Assembly: GCA_018656555.1 (NCBI GenBank)
Contig: JABHZQ010000020.1
Coordinates: 10,764-74,763 of the forward strand
Length of the DNA: 64,000 nt
Source: an archaeon
Lineage (GTDB): Archaea > Nanobdellota > Nanobdellia > SCGC-AAA011-G17 > GW2011-AR17
Direction of reading: 5' to 3'
Within the stretch, counting starts at the first letter, position 1, and every line of letters begins with the position of its first letter. The position numbers were made by a program, and so were the translations under genes. Of this stretch, positions 1-12,060 are shown piece by piece. The notes under the pieces are model-generated. The model worked only from the letters and a program-made list of their open reading frames with translations. It made no database searches and was not told where the DNA came from.

Positions 1-86
1 TCAGAAATAAATCATATATAAATCTTTCTATTTGTTACTACTGTAAAATAACAAACTATTTAAACTATAAATTCCCCTAAATTCCT

Positions 87-605
87 ATGGATGCAGCACA
101 AATGAGGGAACATCAATTGCGATTAATTGGTGGGAACTATAGAACTGACGAGAGAACACTTGAAGTTTATGAATTTATGATTGGAAAACCCAATAGGGAG
201 TTAGCAAGAGTCCTTACTCATTTTGATCAAACTGAAGGTCTAGGGCATTTATATTATCCTGGACAAGGTTTGCATATTTTACCAAGAGATACTTTGGGAG
301 TTGATAGAGTTACACATCTTTCTTTAGATACTGATTATTTTGAACTTTTTGGAGAAGGAATAAAAGTTCAAGGAGATTATAGAACTTCACCTTTTCCTGA
401 TAATAGTTTTGGTTCTACTTTAGTTTGGGGATTAACACAACCTTCAATTGTTGAAGCTATTGATGATATTTTAAGAGTTACAAAAGAAAATGGTTTAATA
501 GTTGTCGGGCAGAGTAGATATTTTGCTGATATTATTAAAGATAGATTAAAAAGAGTTGCTTCACCTGTTGAAGAAATAGATGTTTTTAGAAATAATTGTT
601 CTTAG
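87..605 (+). CDS. Hypothetical protein, possibly a degenerate class I SAM-methyltransferase-like fold
   Basis: 172-aa ORF with TATA-like TATTTAAA about 25 nt upstream; QGDYRTSPFPDNSFG and ILRVTKENG resemble methyltransferase motifs. Confidence 0.45.
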   Translation: MDAAQMREHQLRLIGGNYRTDERTLEVYEFMIGKPNRELARVLTHFDQTEGLGHLYYPGQGLHILPRDTLGVDRVTHLSLDTDYFELFGEGIKVQGDYRTSPFPDNSFGSTLVWGLTQPSIVEAIDDILRVTKENGLIVVGQSRYFADIIKDRLKRVASPVEEIDVFRNNCS

Positions 606-659
606 TATGAAACAATAGCGTCCTTTCTAGTATATGTTTTGGTTAAAAAAGAAAAAAAT

Positions 660-3620
660 AATGAAAACCATACACAGGCAGAGTTTAAAATAGATTAAAC
701 TATTGGAAACTGCATGCTGAATACCTCGCCGAAGCTTGGTACTTACACACCAGTCCCATCAAACCCCTGTTTTGGGGGTGTTTTAGGTCTCTTTTTGCGG
801 TGTCTTTCGTGCTTAGATGCTTTCAGCACTTATGACTTGCTGCGTAGCTGCCCTGCCTGCCTTATCAGACAACAGGTACACCAGAGGCAACGAACCTCTG
901 TTCCTCTCGTACTAAGAGATCCTTCCACTCAGACCTTTGACATCTCCAGTAGATATCATACAAACTGTCTCGCAACGTTCTTAACCCAGCTCACGAACCG
1001 CTTTAACCGGTGAACACCCGTACCCTTGGGCGCTTCTGCACGCCCAGGATGCGATGAGCCGACAACGAAGTAGCAAGCCGCGCCGTCGCTTTGGGCGCTT
1101 AGGCGCGACAACTCAGTTATCCCCAGGATAGCTTTTCTGTCATACTCGGCCCCCATCAAGGAGGACACGAGGGTTCGCTAGACCAATCTTTCGATGCTGC
1201 ATTTCTTGCTTTTCAAAATACAGTCAGGCAAGCTTTTGCTCTTGCACTCTCCTCCGGATTTCTGAACCGGATGAGCTTACCTTTGGGCCCAATTGATATC
1301 TTTTCAACTGGGTGCCGCCCCAGCCAAACTGTCTACCAACTGCTGTCCTTTCTTTCAAAAGTGAGTGTTGCAAAATGCAAAGGGTGGTGTCTCATTGTCG
1401 TCTATTCCTGATCTGGCGACCAGAACATAACAACTACCACCTACACTGCACAATGTATCTCACAACACAACAATAAGCTACAGTAAAGTTCCATGGGGTC
1501 TTCGCTTCCCACTGGAGATCTCTGGACTTCACACCAGAATGTAATGTTCGGGGGCATCTAGTTTGGGACAATAGGGACCTCGTTACGCCATTCATGCAGG
1601 TCGTCATTTAAACGACAAGGCATTTAGCTACCTTAAGAGAATTATAGTTATTCCCGCCGTTTACCTGCTCTTAGCTCCCTTGGAAAGGAGTTTGAAGTAC
1701 AGGCACTGGGCAGACGTCACAAACTATACACACCATTGCTGGCTAGCAGTTTGTTAGGTTTTTGTTAAACAGTCGGGTCCCCCTTGTAATTGCACCCTGT
1801 AATCGCATTCATATGAATACAATCGCAGGGACCCCTTATACCAAAGAGACGGGGCTAAACTGTCGAATTCCCTAAACTAGGTTAAACCCTCAGACCTTGA
1901 GCTTCTCACCCTGAGACACCAGTGCTGGTTCTAGGTATAGTTACTCTCGATTCTTCCATTTTCCCTTTTCACGGACTCCAGATATCAATCCAACAGACAC
2001 AAGGCCTGCTCATTATAGATTTAATCTATTTCTCACCATTATGGTACTCCATAGATTTATTCTATTTAACAATCACGATGATGATTGTGGGTCTATTCCG
2101 AAGTGTTAGAAATATGGCTTGCGTTGCCGCACGTACAAGAGTAGTACAGGAATATTAACCTGTTTCCCTTTCCCAAAAGTCCAGTTAGGATTTTGGTTAG
2201 GACTAACTAACTCTCAGCTGATCTACATTGCTGAGAAACCCTTGCTCTTTCGGTCCTAGAGATTCTCACTCTAAATAGCTCCTACTTTTACCAGGATTCT
2301 CATCTCGACTCGGTTCAGCAACATTCACATATTGCCTTTTTCCCAAGCAGAGCGCCTACCTACCCCACTCCATCCTCGAGGATGGGTGGCTATAGTATCG
2401 GTAACTGATTTAGCCCCGTCCATTTTCAGGGCATGTGACCTTGACAGGTGAGCTGTTACGCTTTCTTTAAAGGATGGCTGCTTCTAAGCCAACCTCCCCG
2501 CTGTCTGTGGTGACAAACACCTTTCGCCCTTTAACACTTAACCAGTACTTAGGGACCTTAACTATAGTGAGGGCTGTTCCCCTCTAGCAACACAAGTTTA
2601 CCCCGGTGCCGCCGTTTCCAGACTTCTACGATGTTAAGGCATTTGGAGTTGGACAAGAAGGTGAAGGATTTCTCCCCCGGGCCCTCAAATCCGTAGCTCT
2701 ACCTCCTCAACTATCTCAGTCCAGACTAGACTTAGGCCTATTTCGGTAGGAACCAGCTATTACCGGGCTCGATTGGCTTTTCACCCCTAGCCGCAGATTA
2801 TAAGAACGTATGCACACAGCAACTCTTCAGGCCTCCACCATCCATACAGACGGCTTCACCTTACCCACGGCTAGATCGCCCGGTTTCGGGTAGTACTCTA
2901 GTGACTTCTGGCATTTTCATACCATTCTCCTTGCAAGCTGCGAGAAATTGGTTTCCCTGCGAGTACATCCTTGAAAGATTTACTCTTGCCACTAAAGCAC
3001 ACTCCCTGGCTCGTTATTCGAAACGCACGATACAACTCCTAAAAGCTGTATCTTACTGTAACCATTAGATTTCAGGCTCTTTTAACTCTCTATCACGAGT
3101 TCTTTTCAACGTTCCCTCACGGTACTATTCGCTATCGGATTCAAGACATATTTAGAGTTGGAAGTTGATGTCTCCCAAATTCGTGCACAATATCAAATGT
3201 GCCTTACTCTAGATACTATCACTCCTTGTAGAACTTCTCTAAGGGGCTATCACCCTCTTTGGCACTCCTTTCCAGGAGACTTTGAGTATTCTACTTAAGG
3301 TATAAAAGATAGTCTTAACACCACATTTCCATAACATTTCTGTTAAGGATTCAGTTTGCTCTATTCCGTTTTCTCTCGCTGATATTCACGGAATCTCAAT
3401 TGATTTCTTTTCCTCTAGGTACTGAGACGCTTCAATTCCCTAGGTTCCTCGCCCTCTCGGACTTAATGAGAAGTCTCATTCGGGGATCTTTGGTTCAAAG
3501 GCTGCATGCGCCTAGCCAAAGCTTTTCGTTGCTTGCCACGCCCTTCATCAGTGTCTTGAACCAAGTCCTCCATCTAATGGTGTAGTAGCTATTTAAACTC
3601 TGCCTATGTACGGTATCATT
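660..3620 (-). repeat. 23S pre-rRNA processing stem (arms 660-693 and 3589-3620)
   Basis: aatgaaaaccatacacaggcagagtttaaaatag is nearly complementary to ctatttaaactctgcctatgtacggtatcatt. Confidence 0.85.
695..3592 (-). rRNA. rrl: 23S rRNA (ends approximate)
   Basis: GC-rich block with reverse complements of LSU motifs: sarcin-ricin loop (gttcctctcgtact, about 900-913) and peptidyl-transferase centre (gatgagccgacaacga, about 1053); about 2.9 kb, no large intron apparent. Confidence 0.97.
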
Positions 3621-3737
3621 GAATATGATATTTTATTCACCAAGGTTCTAACCTGATGATACCCTTCACACATGATACTACATCAAGTGTTGCATTTGGT
3701 ATTTGATTATATGAACTCGCACTCTGTATGAGTCCAA

Positions 3738-3811
3738 TGGACTCGTCGGGATTCGAACCCGAGGCCCCCTCCTTGCAAGGGAGGTGCTCTACCAGACTGA
3801 GCTACGAGCCC
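3738..3811 (-). tRNA. tRNA-Ala(TGC) in the 16S-23S spacer
   Basis: Reverse complement GGGCTCGTAGCTCAGTCTGGTAGAGCACCTCCCT-TGC-AAGGAGGGGGCCTCGGGTTCGAATCCCGACGAGTCCA folds into a cloverleaf. Confidence 0.97.
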
Positions 3812-3821
3812 ACGACTGAAT

Positions 3822-5410
<1,589 letters not shown>

Positions 5411-5496
5411 CATACTTAATTTTTTAATCAGGTACTCATTAAAATTGAAGAAAAGTTGTCACCAATCTATCTTCTATATTTTTTGAAATTTAGCTC

Positions 5497-5512
5497 ATAT
5501 TTAAAGGTTTTT
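5497..5512 (-). promoter_or_regulatory. Putative rRNA operon promoter (BRE + TATA)
   Basis: Minus strand AAAAACCTTTAAATAT, upstream of the 16S processing stem. Confidence 0.5.
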
Positions 5513-5612
5513 ATTTTTTATTTCTCTTTCTTTTCTCTTTTTTCAGTCGCTTCCTCTGCCACTTCCATCTCATCTGTCCTTTCTTTTTCCACCTTCGTGA
5601 ACTTCTTTTCAT
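5511..5612 (-). CDS. rpl41e: Ribosomal protein eL41 (L41e), not in ORF track
   Basis: Translates to MKRSSRRWKKKGQMRWKWQRKRLKKEKRKRNKK (33 aa), matching the archaeal L41e pattern WKKKGxMRWKW; BRE-TATA (gaaacctttataaat) about 25 nt upstream. Confidence 0.85.
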   Translation of the reverse strand: MKRSSRRWKKKGQMRWKWQRKRLKKEKRKRNKK

Positions 5613-5652
5613 TGAACCTTTGGGAAATTTCGGTATTTATAAAGGTTTCTGC

Positions 5653-6102
5653 TCAAGATATGCATTTAAGAAGATTATAGAAAGGTTCATTTATTGAGAT
5701 TTGAAAATATTCCTCGAGAGGAATTGAGAGGTACTTATTATTTACTAAAAATCTTTTAAATTGAATTGCTTTACTTGCGGGCATGCAATACCAAGTTGAA
5801 TAATGTACTTGATTATTTGAGATAATGTACCACACTTGCATGTTAAAATATTTTTGAAGGTTGTTGTATTTTATTATTTCTTTGTAATCTAAACAAATCT
5901 TTTTATGTTTCTTTAATGGGGTTGTGTCTTTGATATCAATTAGTATAGAACCAAAGTTTGGAATTAGAATAAAGAAGTCTGGTCTTTTTGTGTTAAATTG
6001 TTTTAATGTTTTTGAATATGTTTCTAAATCTTGTTGGATAAACCAAAATGGAATGTTGTGTTTGTTGAGGTAGGATTGGAATTGTTGTTCTGCTTTGTTC
6101 AT
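5653..6102 (-). CDS. PD-(D/E)XK nuclease-family protein
   Basis: AE...KRPDFF...ILIDIK motif arrangement. Confidence 0.6.
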   Translation of the reverse strand: MNKAEQQFQSYLNKHNIPFWFIQQDLETYSKTLKQFNTKRPDFFILIPNFGSILIDIKDTTPLKKHKKICLDYKEIIKYNNLQKYFNMQVWYIISNNQVHYSTWYCMPASKAIQFKRFLVNNKYLSIPLEEYFQISINEPFYNLLKCIS

Positions 6103-6199
6103 AATTATTTTATTGTTGTTGTTTTATTAAGAGTTGTTGAAGGAATGTTGTAAGATTTTCAGAAAAAGGTTTATAAATTTCGGATGCTGTTGAATAATT

Positions 6200-7183
6200 A
6201 TGAATGAGTTGTTTAAACATTATAATCTTGGTACTTATTTGAGACATAAAGAGATTGATGAAGGGGTTGAGAATAGTAATTTTAAAGTTAGAACTACAAA
6301 GGGTTGGTATTTTGTAAAAAAGTATGCTAGTAAGTTTAAGCCAGGTTATATTCGACGAGTGAATCAAGTGTTGGTGGAAATTGGAAGGTCTGATTTACCA
6401 GTTGCTCCACCTTTCTTTACTAAGGATGGAGATAGTTTGGTTGTTTTGGATGATGGAGTGTATTGTGTTTATCCCTTTATTGAAGGTGAGCCTTACTTTT
6501 TAGATGAGACTTTTACTCATGATCCTGTAAAACATTTGAATGCAGCAAAGGTGTTGGCTAAGTTGCATAAGAAGGTTGTAAGTTTGCCTCCGCGTATGAG
6601 AAATAGATTTTCTTTTGATAAGGTTAAAGAGATAAAATCTTTATGGGGTAAGTTTTTGGTTGAGATTGAGAAGAAGGATATGAGATATGGTTGGGAGAAT
6701 AAACTTGTTGATCTTATTTATTACATTAGGGATTTGTTTTTAGGGATGGAACAAGAGTTTAAGAAATTGAAAGGTGGGGGTGGTTCTTTGTTGCATGGAG
6801 ATTATCATGCTTTTCAGTTGAAGTTTACTAATAAAGAAGTTGCGGCTGTATTGGATTTTGATCTTATGGAGTTTGGCCCGGTTGAATATGATGTTACAAG
6901 TAGTTCTATGTCTTTTGTTCGTGATTATTGGAGTTATGATTTGAAAAGAATGAAAGAATTTATTGATGCTTATATGGAAGTTAATGGTGAGTTGGATTTA
7001 GATGCAGAGAAAATAATTCTTTGGTTGATGTTTGCAACAATTGATACTATTTGTTTTTATGTTAGATTGATTTATGAGAAGAACACAGAGAAAAATTGGG
7101 AGATGTTGTATTATCATATGAATGGTTTGAAGTGGATTATGGAACACCAAGCTGAGTTTTATGATGTTTTTCAAAAGCATTAA
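6200..7183 (+). CDS. APH/homoserine kinase type II-like phosphotransferase
   Basis: GVENSNF, LLHGDY and VLDFD kinase motifs. Confidence 0.85.
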   Translation: MNELFKHYNLGTYLRHKEIDEGVENSNFKVRTTKGWYFVKKYASKFKPGYIRRVNQVLVEIGRSDLPVAPPFFTKDGDSLVVLDDGVYCVYPFIEGEPYFLDETFTHDPVKHLNAAKVLAKLHKKVVSLPPRMRNRFSFDKVKEIKSLWGKFLVEIEKKDMRYGWENKLVDLIYYIRDLFLGMEQEFKKLKGGGGSLLHGDYHAFQLKFTNKEVAAVLDFDLMEFGPVEYDVTSSSMSFVRDYWSYDLKRMKEFIDAYMEVNGELDLDAEKIILWLMFATIDTICFYVRLIYEKNTEKNWEMLYYHMNGLKWIMEHQAEFYDVFQKH

Positions 7184-7208
7184 AAAGTTTGTTGTTGTAG
7201 ATTAAGTT

Positions 7209-7757
7209 ATGAAGATTCATTTTAAGAAACCTAAACTTTCTGTTATTTTTGGGGTTGTTGGTTTTTTACTTGTAGTGATATTATTTTCTTCTACTATTGG
7301 AAGATCTTGGTTTTATGGTCAGCATCCAAGTCTTTTGTATTTGTATATATTGAACTTTGCAGGGTATTTGTTTTTCCTTGTTATGCCAGTTGAAGCTTTA
7401 GTTCCTTATTATATGTCCCTAGGTTATAATGGATTTCTTATTGGTGTGATTGTTATGGTAACTGCAATTTTAGCTCAGATGGTAGATTATTCAATTGGTT
7501 ATTTGTTACCTGATAGGGCTATTGAGAATATGATTGGTACGCGTAAATATGAAAAATTTACTAATTTAGTTGAGAAGTATGGTTCTTATGTAATCTTTCT
7601 TTTTAATTTGTTTCCTATTTCTTCTCCTATTGTTGTTTTGATCGCAGGGATGGAGAAGGTTGATTTTATGAAAACAATGAAATTGTGTTTCTTTGGTTTG
7701 TTTGTTAAATATACTTTTTGGATTTTAGGAACTTATTGGGTTTTGGGTTTGTTTTAA
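7209..7757 (+). CDS. DedA/YqaA (VTT domain) membrane protein
   Basis: Hydrophobic; PVE, YSIGY and EKYG...P...AG DedA-like pattern. Confidence 0.75.
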   Translation: MKIHFKKPKLSVIFGVVGFLLVVILFSSTIGRSWFYGQHPSLLYLYILNFAGYLFFLVMPVEALVPYYMSLGYNGFLIGVIVMVTAILAQMVDYSIGYLLPDRAIENMIGTRKYEKFTNLVEKYGSYVIFLFNLFPISSPIVVLIAGMEKVDFMKTMKLCFFGLFVKYTFWILGTYWVLGLF

Positions 7758-7792
7758 GAAGTTTTTTATAGTATTAATGTCTGGTAGTTATT

Positions 7793-8545
7793 ATGAAAAT
7801 TGTTACTTTGTTGTTTATACTTTTTTTAGGGATTACAGGGAATACTGTTTCTGATGATCCTTTTAGTGGTGGAGTTCCTGATTCTGAAATTGAGTGTATG
7901 GAGAATTGTATTGGGGAGTATTGTACAATTGGTGATGTTGAATGTGCTGAGCCTTATACTGATGGATGTATGGATGAGTGTGGGGCTGTTATGCCTGAGC
8001 AAACTGAAGATGAACAGTGTGTTCAAGAGTGTTTGTATTCTAATTGTGGAGAGTTTGATTGGGATTGTCAAGATTCTGTAATTGCTGAGTGTGATGTTGA
8101 ATGTGGAATGTTGGGCGATGCACCAGATTGGGATGGCTTAAGTGAAGAAGAGCAGTGTATAACCCTTTGTGTTGCTGATATTGATCCTACTTTAATTTGT
8201 GGTGCTTCAAGTGAAGGAGAAACTGGGAATGAGATTTGTCAACAATGTGCAGAGGACTGTGTGTATTTATATGAAGGGCCCTGTTTGATGGATGAAGAGC
8301 TAACTGTGAAGGAAAATGATTGTGTTACTTGTGAACACTGTTATGGCTCACCTGTGATGGGAGATTCTGGTGAGGGTTATGAATGTATTGTGGATATAGA
8401 ATGTTTAGATGCTTCTGATGAGTTTGGTGATGATGCTGGTTCAGGACCTGGAATTGGTCAAGAAGGTTATGTTCCTGTTGAAGAAGAGAGTCCTAGTACT
8501 TTTATTAGTGGGGTTGTTGATTTTTTTAAGGGAATATTTAAATAG
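7793..8545 (+). CDS. Secreted acidic cysteine-rich repeat protein
   Basis: N-terminal hydrophobic signal; repeated six-Cys units. Confidence 0.7.
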   Translation: MKIVTLLFILFLGITGNTVSDDPFSGGVPDSEIECMENCIGEYCTIGDVECAEPYTDGCMDECGAVMPEQTEDEQCVQECLYSNCGEFDWDCQDSVIAECDVECGMLGDAPDWDGLSEEEQCITLCVADIDPTLICGASSEGETGNEICQQCAEDCVYLYEGPCLMDEELTVKENDCVTCEHCYGSPVMGDSGEGYECIVDIECLDASDEFGDDAGSGPGIGQEGYVPVEEESPSTFISGVVDFFKGIFK

Positions 8546-8566
8546 ATTATAGTTATCATTTATTTT

Positions 8567-9538
8567 ATGTTTAGAATTAAGACTAAAGATTTGGAAGTTT
8601 ATGAGAAGAAATGGGGGAGATGGGTTAAGGTTGATAAATTTCAGAGTGTTCTGAAGATTGTTAAACAGTTTAAGTTTTTTGGGAATTTGGATTTGTTAGT
8701 TGATAAGAAAAATCCAAAGTTTTTGAAGATGAGTAGAATTAATGTTCTTCCAGATGGTAGGAAGTTGGATAAGGCTTATTCTTTGTTTGCTGATGATTTG
8801 GTTGTTCATGGTGAGATTAATGATGATCATTGGGATGTTATGTTTAGGAATAAAAGTGGGAGTTACTCTTATGTTTATACTCTTGAGAAAAAGGAGAAGT
8901 TTGCTAAGAGGAAATATATTAAGGTTAGAAATTTTGAGAAGTATTATCCTAGGTTAAAGAGAAATGTGTTGAAAGGGTTAAGGAGTAATGAAGATTTTTC
9001 TTTAGAAATGTATACTTTGTTAAAAACTTGTATGAGAGTGGGTAATGGAGTTTATTATAATCTGTATAAACACAAAGGTTTGAGTACTTTAGAGAAAAGT
9101 GATATTTCAATTAAGGGGAGGGTGGTTAGTTTTAATTTTATTGGTAAAGATGGAGTTCCTATTTCTATTTCTGAAAGATTTCCAAAAAGTTATATTTTGG
9201 CACTTAGAAAGAGATTAAGGAAAAGTAAGTCTTTTGTGTTTACTTGTAATGGTCGATTTTTGTATGAAAGAGATTTTAAAAATGCATTTAGAAAGTATTG
9301 TGGGAAGGAGTTCTATCCTCATATTGTTCGTTCTTATTATGCTACAGTTGAAGCTAAGAAGTTATTGAAGAAAAGGAAGATTTCTAAGAAAGAGGCTAAT
9401 GATTTGTTTATGTCTATTGCTTCTAAGTTGGGGCATAAGAGATGTGTAAAAGGGGAGTGGAAGGATAACTTTACTGTTACTGTGAATCATTATATAGATC
9501 CTGCTATTGTTGAAAGGATTAAGAAGAGGATTAAATAA
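8567..9538 (+). CDS. DNA topoisomerase IB, short bacterial/viral type
   Basis: MRVGN, GLSTL, FNFIGKDG, HIVRSYYAT, KLGH and HYIDP supply the catalytic R, K, R, H and Y. Confidence 0.8.
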   Translation: MFRIKTKDLEVYEKKWGRWVKVDKFQSVLKIVKQFKFFGNLDLLVDKKNPKFLKMSRINVLPDGRKLDKAYSLFADDLVVHGEINDDHWDVMFRNKSGSYSYVYTLEKKEKFAKRKYIKVRNFEKYYPRLKRNVLKGLRSNEDFSLEMYTLLKTCMRVGNGVYYNLYKHKGLSTLEKSDISIKGRVVSFNFIGKDGVPISISERFPKSYILALRKRLRKSKSFVFTCNGRFLYERDFKNAFRKYCGKEFYPHIVRSYYATVEAKKLLKKRKISKKEANDLFMSIASKLGHKRCVKGEWKDNFTVTVNHYIDPAIVERIKKRIK

Positions 9539-10154
9539 ATTCTAAAATTTCTTCAGCAGAATTGATGATTTTGTCTGCTTTTGAAAGATCTTGTTTTTTT
9601 GTATGTTTATTAGGAAGAGCAAAACATTTCATTCCAGCTGCTTTTGCTGACTCTACTCCAACCTGTGAATCTTCAATTACTAAACACTCTTTTGGATTGA
9701 TGTTGAGTTTTTTAGCAGTTACTAGATATGGTTCAGGGGAAGGTTTTCTGTTTTTGTAATCTTCAGAAGTAACAATAACCTCAAATATATTATCTAATTT
9801 TGCTAATTTTAATACTTGGGAAGTACTTCTTTTAGATGAAGAAGTGGTTAAGGCTAAAGGTATTTTCCTATTATGTAGTTCTTTTATTAAAGAAATTGTT
9901 TTTTTGAATAAAGGAGTTGTTTTTATTAGTTCATGATATTCTTTTTTTTGTATTTTTTTGAATTCTTCATAGGAGAACTTGTATTTTTTTAGGAAGGATT
10001 TTTTGAAATCATCTGGGTGTCTTCCAATGATCCATTCTTTCTCTTCTTCTTTTATTTTTATTCCTAATTCTTTGAAAGCTTTGACTGTTGAATCTATATT
10101 TGTAGATTCTGAATCTATGATTATTCCATCTCTGTCAAATATGACTGCTTTCAT
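9531..10154 (-). CDS. HAD-family phosphatase (beta-PGM-like)
   Basis: IFDRDG, TSS, KPSP and IEDS motifs. Confidence 0.9.
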   Translation of the reverse strand: MKAVIFDRDGIIIDSESTNIDSTVKAFKELGIKIKEEEKEWIIGRHPDDFKKSFLKKYKFSYEEFKKIQKKEYHELIKTTPLFKKTISLIKELHNRKIPLALTTSSSKRSTSQVLKLAKLDNIFEVIVTSEDYKNRKPSPEPYLVTAKKLNINPKECLVIEDSQVGVESAKAAGMKCFALPNKHTKKQDLSKADKIINSAEEILEFI

Positions 10155-10205
10155 TATGTTTTGAAAGATAAGGCAGTATAAAAGAATAACTGCCCTGCCA
10201 GGTAA

Positions 10206-10781
10206 CTAAAAAATTCTATTATCATTATTTTTTGCTCTTTCTACAAGTAATTTAACTCTTCTAGTTCTAGTCTCCTCTCGTTTACCCCTTAAAATCCATC
10301 TGAAAGCCATCTTTTTTACTGAAGGTGTGAATTTTTCAAAATTCTCTCTAGCCTTCTTATTCTTCCCTAAGGCATTTTTCAATTCAATAGGTATATTGGG
10401 GTTTTTGGGAATTCCAAAATCGTGTGTTGGTTTTTTAAGGCCCTCTTTGTAATATTGTAATCCAGAAGGAGCCATCTTACCTTGTTTAATCAAATCTTTA
10501 GCATATTGAATTGTATTATTACTCCATTTACTATTCTTGTTTCTTTTACAAAAAGTTCTTATGTACCTATCTTCGTCCAACTTTTTTATGGTGGTATCAA
10601 TCCAACCAAAACAAATCGCTTCCTCCATCAATTCTTTATGTGAGGGAGATGGTTTGCCTGTGTGTTTTTTATAGACTATAACTTCTATTTTAGTTTCGTG
10701 ATTGTGATTCTCGGCTAACCAATCTCTAAAATCATCTCTAGTAAGCACAGTTATTTGTTTCATTGTAATTAAGGAATACAA
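10206..10781 (-). CDS. YdeI/OmpD-associated family protein
   Basis: FRDWLAENH, EEAICFGWID, SKWS and AKREETR-like motifs. Confidence 0.88.
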   Translation of the reverse strand: MYSLITMKQITVLTRDDFRDWLAENHNHETKIEVIVYKKHTGKPSPSHKELMEEAICFGWIDTTIKKLDEDRYIRTFCKRNKNSKWSNNTIQYAKDLIKQGKMAPSGLQYYKEGLKKPTHDFGIPKNPNIPIELKNALGKNKKARENFEKFTPSVKKMAFRWILRGKREETRTRRVKLLVERAKNNDNRIF

Positions 10782-10827
10782 GTTTTTTATTAAAGATTGG
10801 TATATTCATGAAAATTGTAAGAAAAAC

Positions 10828-10902
10828 TGCCCCCGCCGGGATTTGAACCCGGGTCTTCACCTCGAAAGGGTGAAATGATTGACCGTGCTACACCACAGGG
10901 GC
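10828..10902 (-). tRNA. tRNA-Glu(TTC)
   Basis: Reverse complement GCCCCTGTGGTGTAGCACGGTCAATCATT-TCACC-CT-TTC-GA-GGTGA-AGACCCGGGTTCAAATCCCGGCGGGGGCA. Confidence 0.96.
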
Positions 10903-10957
10903 ATATGTCTTTGGAAAATTATTGTCTTTATAATATTTTCGGATTGAAGGACTAGCC

Positions 10958-11281
10958 TTAAACCCATCTAAATATAAAAAATAAACCAAAAAGACCTGGA
11001 ATGATATACAAAATTGGATTGTTAACTCCTACAATTAAAAATAAAATGGCTAAAACTATTCCTACAAAACCCACAATCCAAAGATCTTTTGGTTGTTTTT
11101 TAGTAATTTTTGTGTAGATATTGTAAATTAAGTAGCCAATTAAGATAAAGAAACATAAAATTGAGAGAATAAAAAAGATTGCATCTTCAAACTTAAATAT
11201 AGCATAGAAGAAATTGTGTAATACTGTTGAAATTATTGAGATTGAAAATAATAACCAAATTATTCTTAATTGTCGGCTCAT
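10958..11281 (-). CDS. Small membrane protein (about 4 TM)
   Basis: Hydrophobic 107-aa ORF. Confidence 0.6.
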   Translation of the reverse strand: MSRQLRIIWLLFSISIISTVLHNFFYAIFKFEDAIFFILSILCFFILIGYLIYNIYTKITKKQPKDLWIVGFVGIVLAILFLIVGVNNPILYIIPGLFGLFFIFRWV

Positions 11282-11375
11282 GTTTTATTGGGATGATTAA
11301 AATTATTTAATCTTTTGTATTATAAAATTAGTATATAGCAAATATTTATAAATAATTAAAGTAGCTATCTACTTA

Positions 11376-12059
11376 ATGAGTAAAATTATTGAATTAAAAG
11401 AGGTGTGGAAGACTTATATCATGGGAGAAGTTCCGGTTCATGCTTTAAGAGGAATTAATTTAACTGTGAGAAAAGGGGAGTTTGTTTCTATTCAAGGTCC
11501 TTCTGGTTCTGGGAAGAGTACGGCTATGTTTTTGGTAGGTTGTTTAGATCTGCCAACAAAAGGACATGTTTTTTTAGATAATAAAGATATTTCCAATTTG
11601 GATGAATCAGACCTTGCTCAGATTAGAGGGAAGAAGATAGGGTTTGTATTTCAGAGATTTAATTTGTTAAATACTTTAACAGCTATGCAGAATGTTCAAA
11701 TTCCTATGATGTTCCAAGGAGTTAGTGAAGATAAAAGAATTAAAAGGGCAGAAATGTTGTTAACTAGGGTGGGACTGGGTGAGAGGAGGTTTCACAAACC
11801 TACTGAGTTGTCTGGTGGAGAAATGCAGAGAGTTGCAATTGCTAGAGCTTTGGCAAATGATCCGGAAGTTATATTAGCTGATGAACCTACTGGTAATCTA
11901 GATTCAAAAACTGGAAAAGAGGTAATGCAGTTGTTAATTGATTTACATAAAAAAGAAAAAAGAACTATAATTATGGTCACACATGATAAAAATGTTGCAA
12001 ACTTGGCTGAAAGACAAATCTTTTTGAAAGATGGTCAAGTTGTAAAAGGAGGGAAGTAA
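11376..12059 (+). CDS. ABC transporter ATP-binding protein (LolD/MacB family)
   Basis: GPSGSGKST, LSGGEMQRVAIARAL, DEPTGNLD. Confidence 0.95.
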   Translation: MSKIIELKEVWKTYIMGEVPVHALRGINLTVRKGEFVSIQGPSGSGKSTAMFLVGCLDLPTKGHVFLDNKDISNLDESDLAQIRGKKIGFVFQRFNLLNTLTAMQNVQIPMMFQGVSEDKRIKRAEMLLTRVGLGERRFHKPTELSGGEMQRVAIARALANDPEVILADEPTGNLDSKTGKEVMQLLIDLHKKEKRTIIMVTHDKNVANLAERQIFLKDGQVVKGGK

Positions 12060-12060
12060 A

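Noticed and set aside
606..695. 5S rRNA expected after 23S
   Set aside because: Only the processing-stem arm and an oligo-T tract (minus strand) are present; no room or similarity for 5S
3730..3744. Palindrome GAGTCCA-A-TGGACTC at the tRNA-Ala 3' end as an integration scar
   Set aside because: Inverted rather than direct repeat and no adjacent element; more likely local pre-rRNA structure
5456..5680. 74-aa plus-strand ORF
   Set aside because: Antisense shadow of the eL41 gene and rRNA promoter
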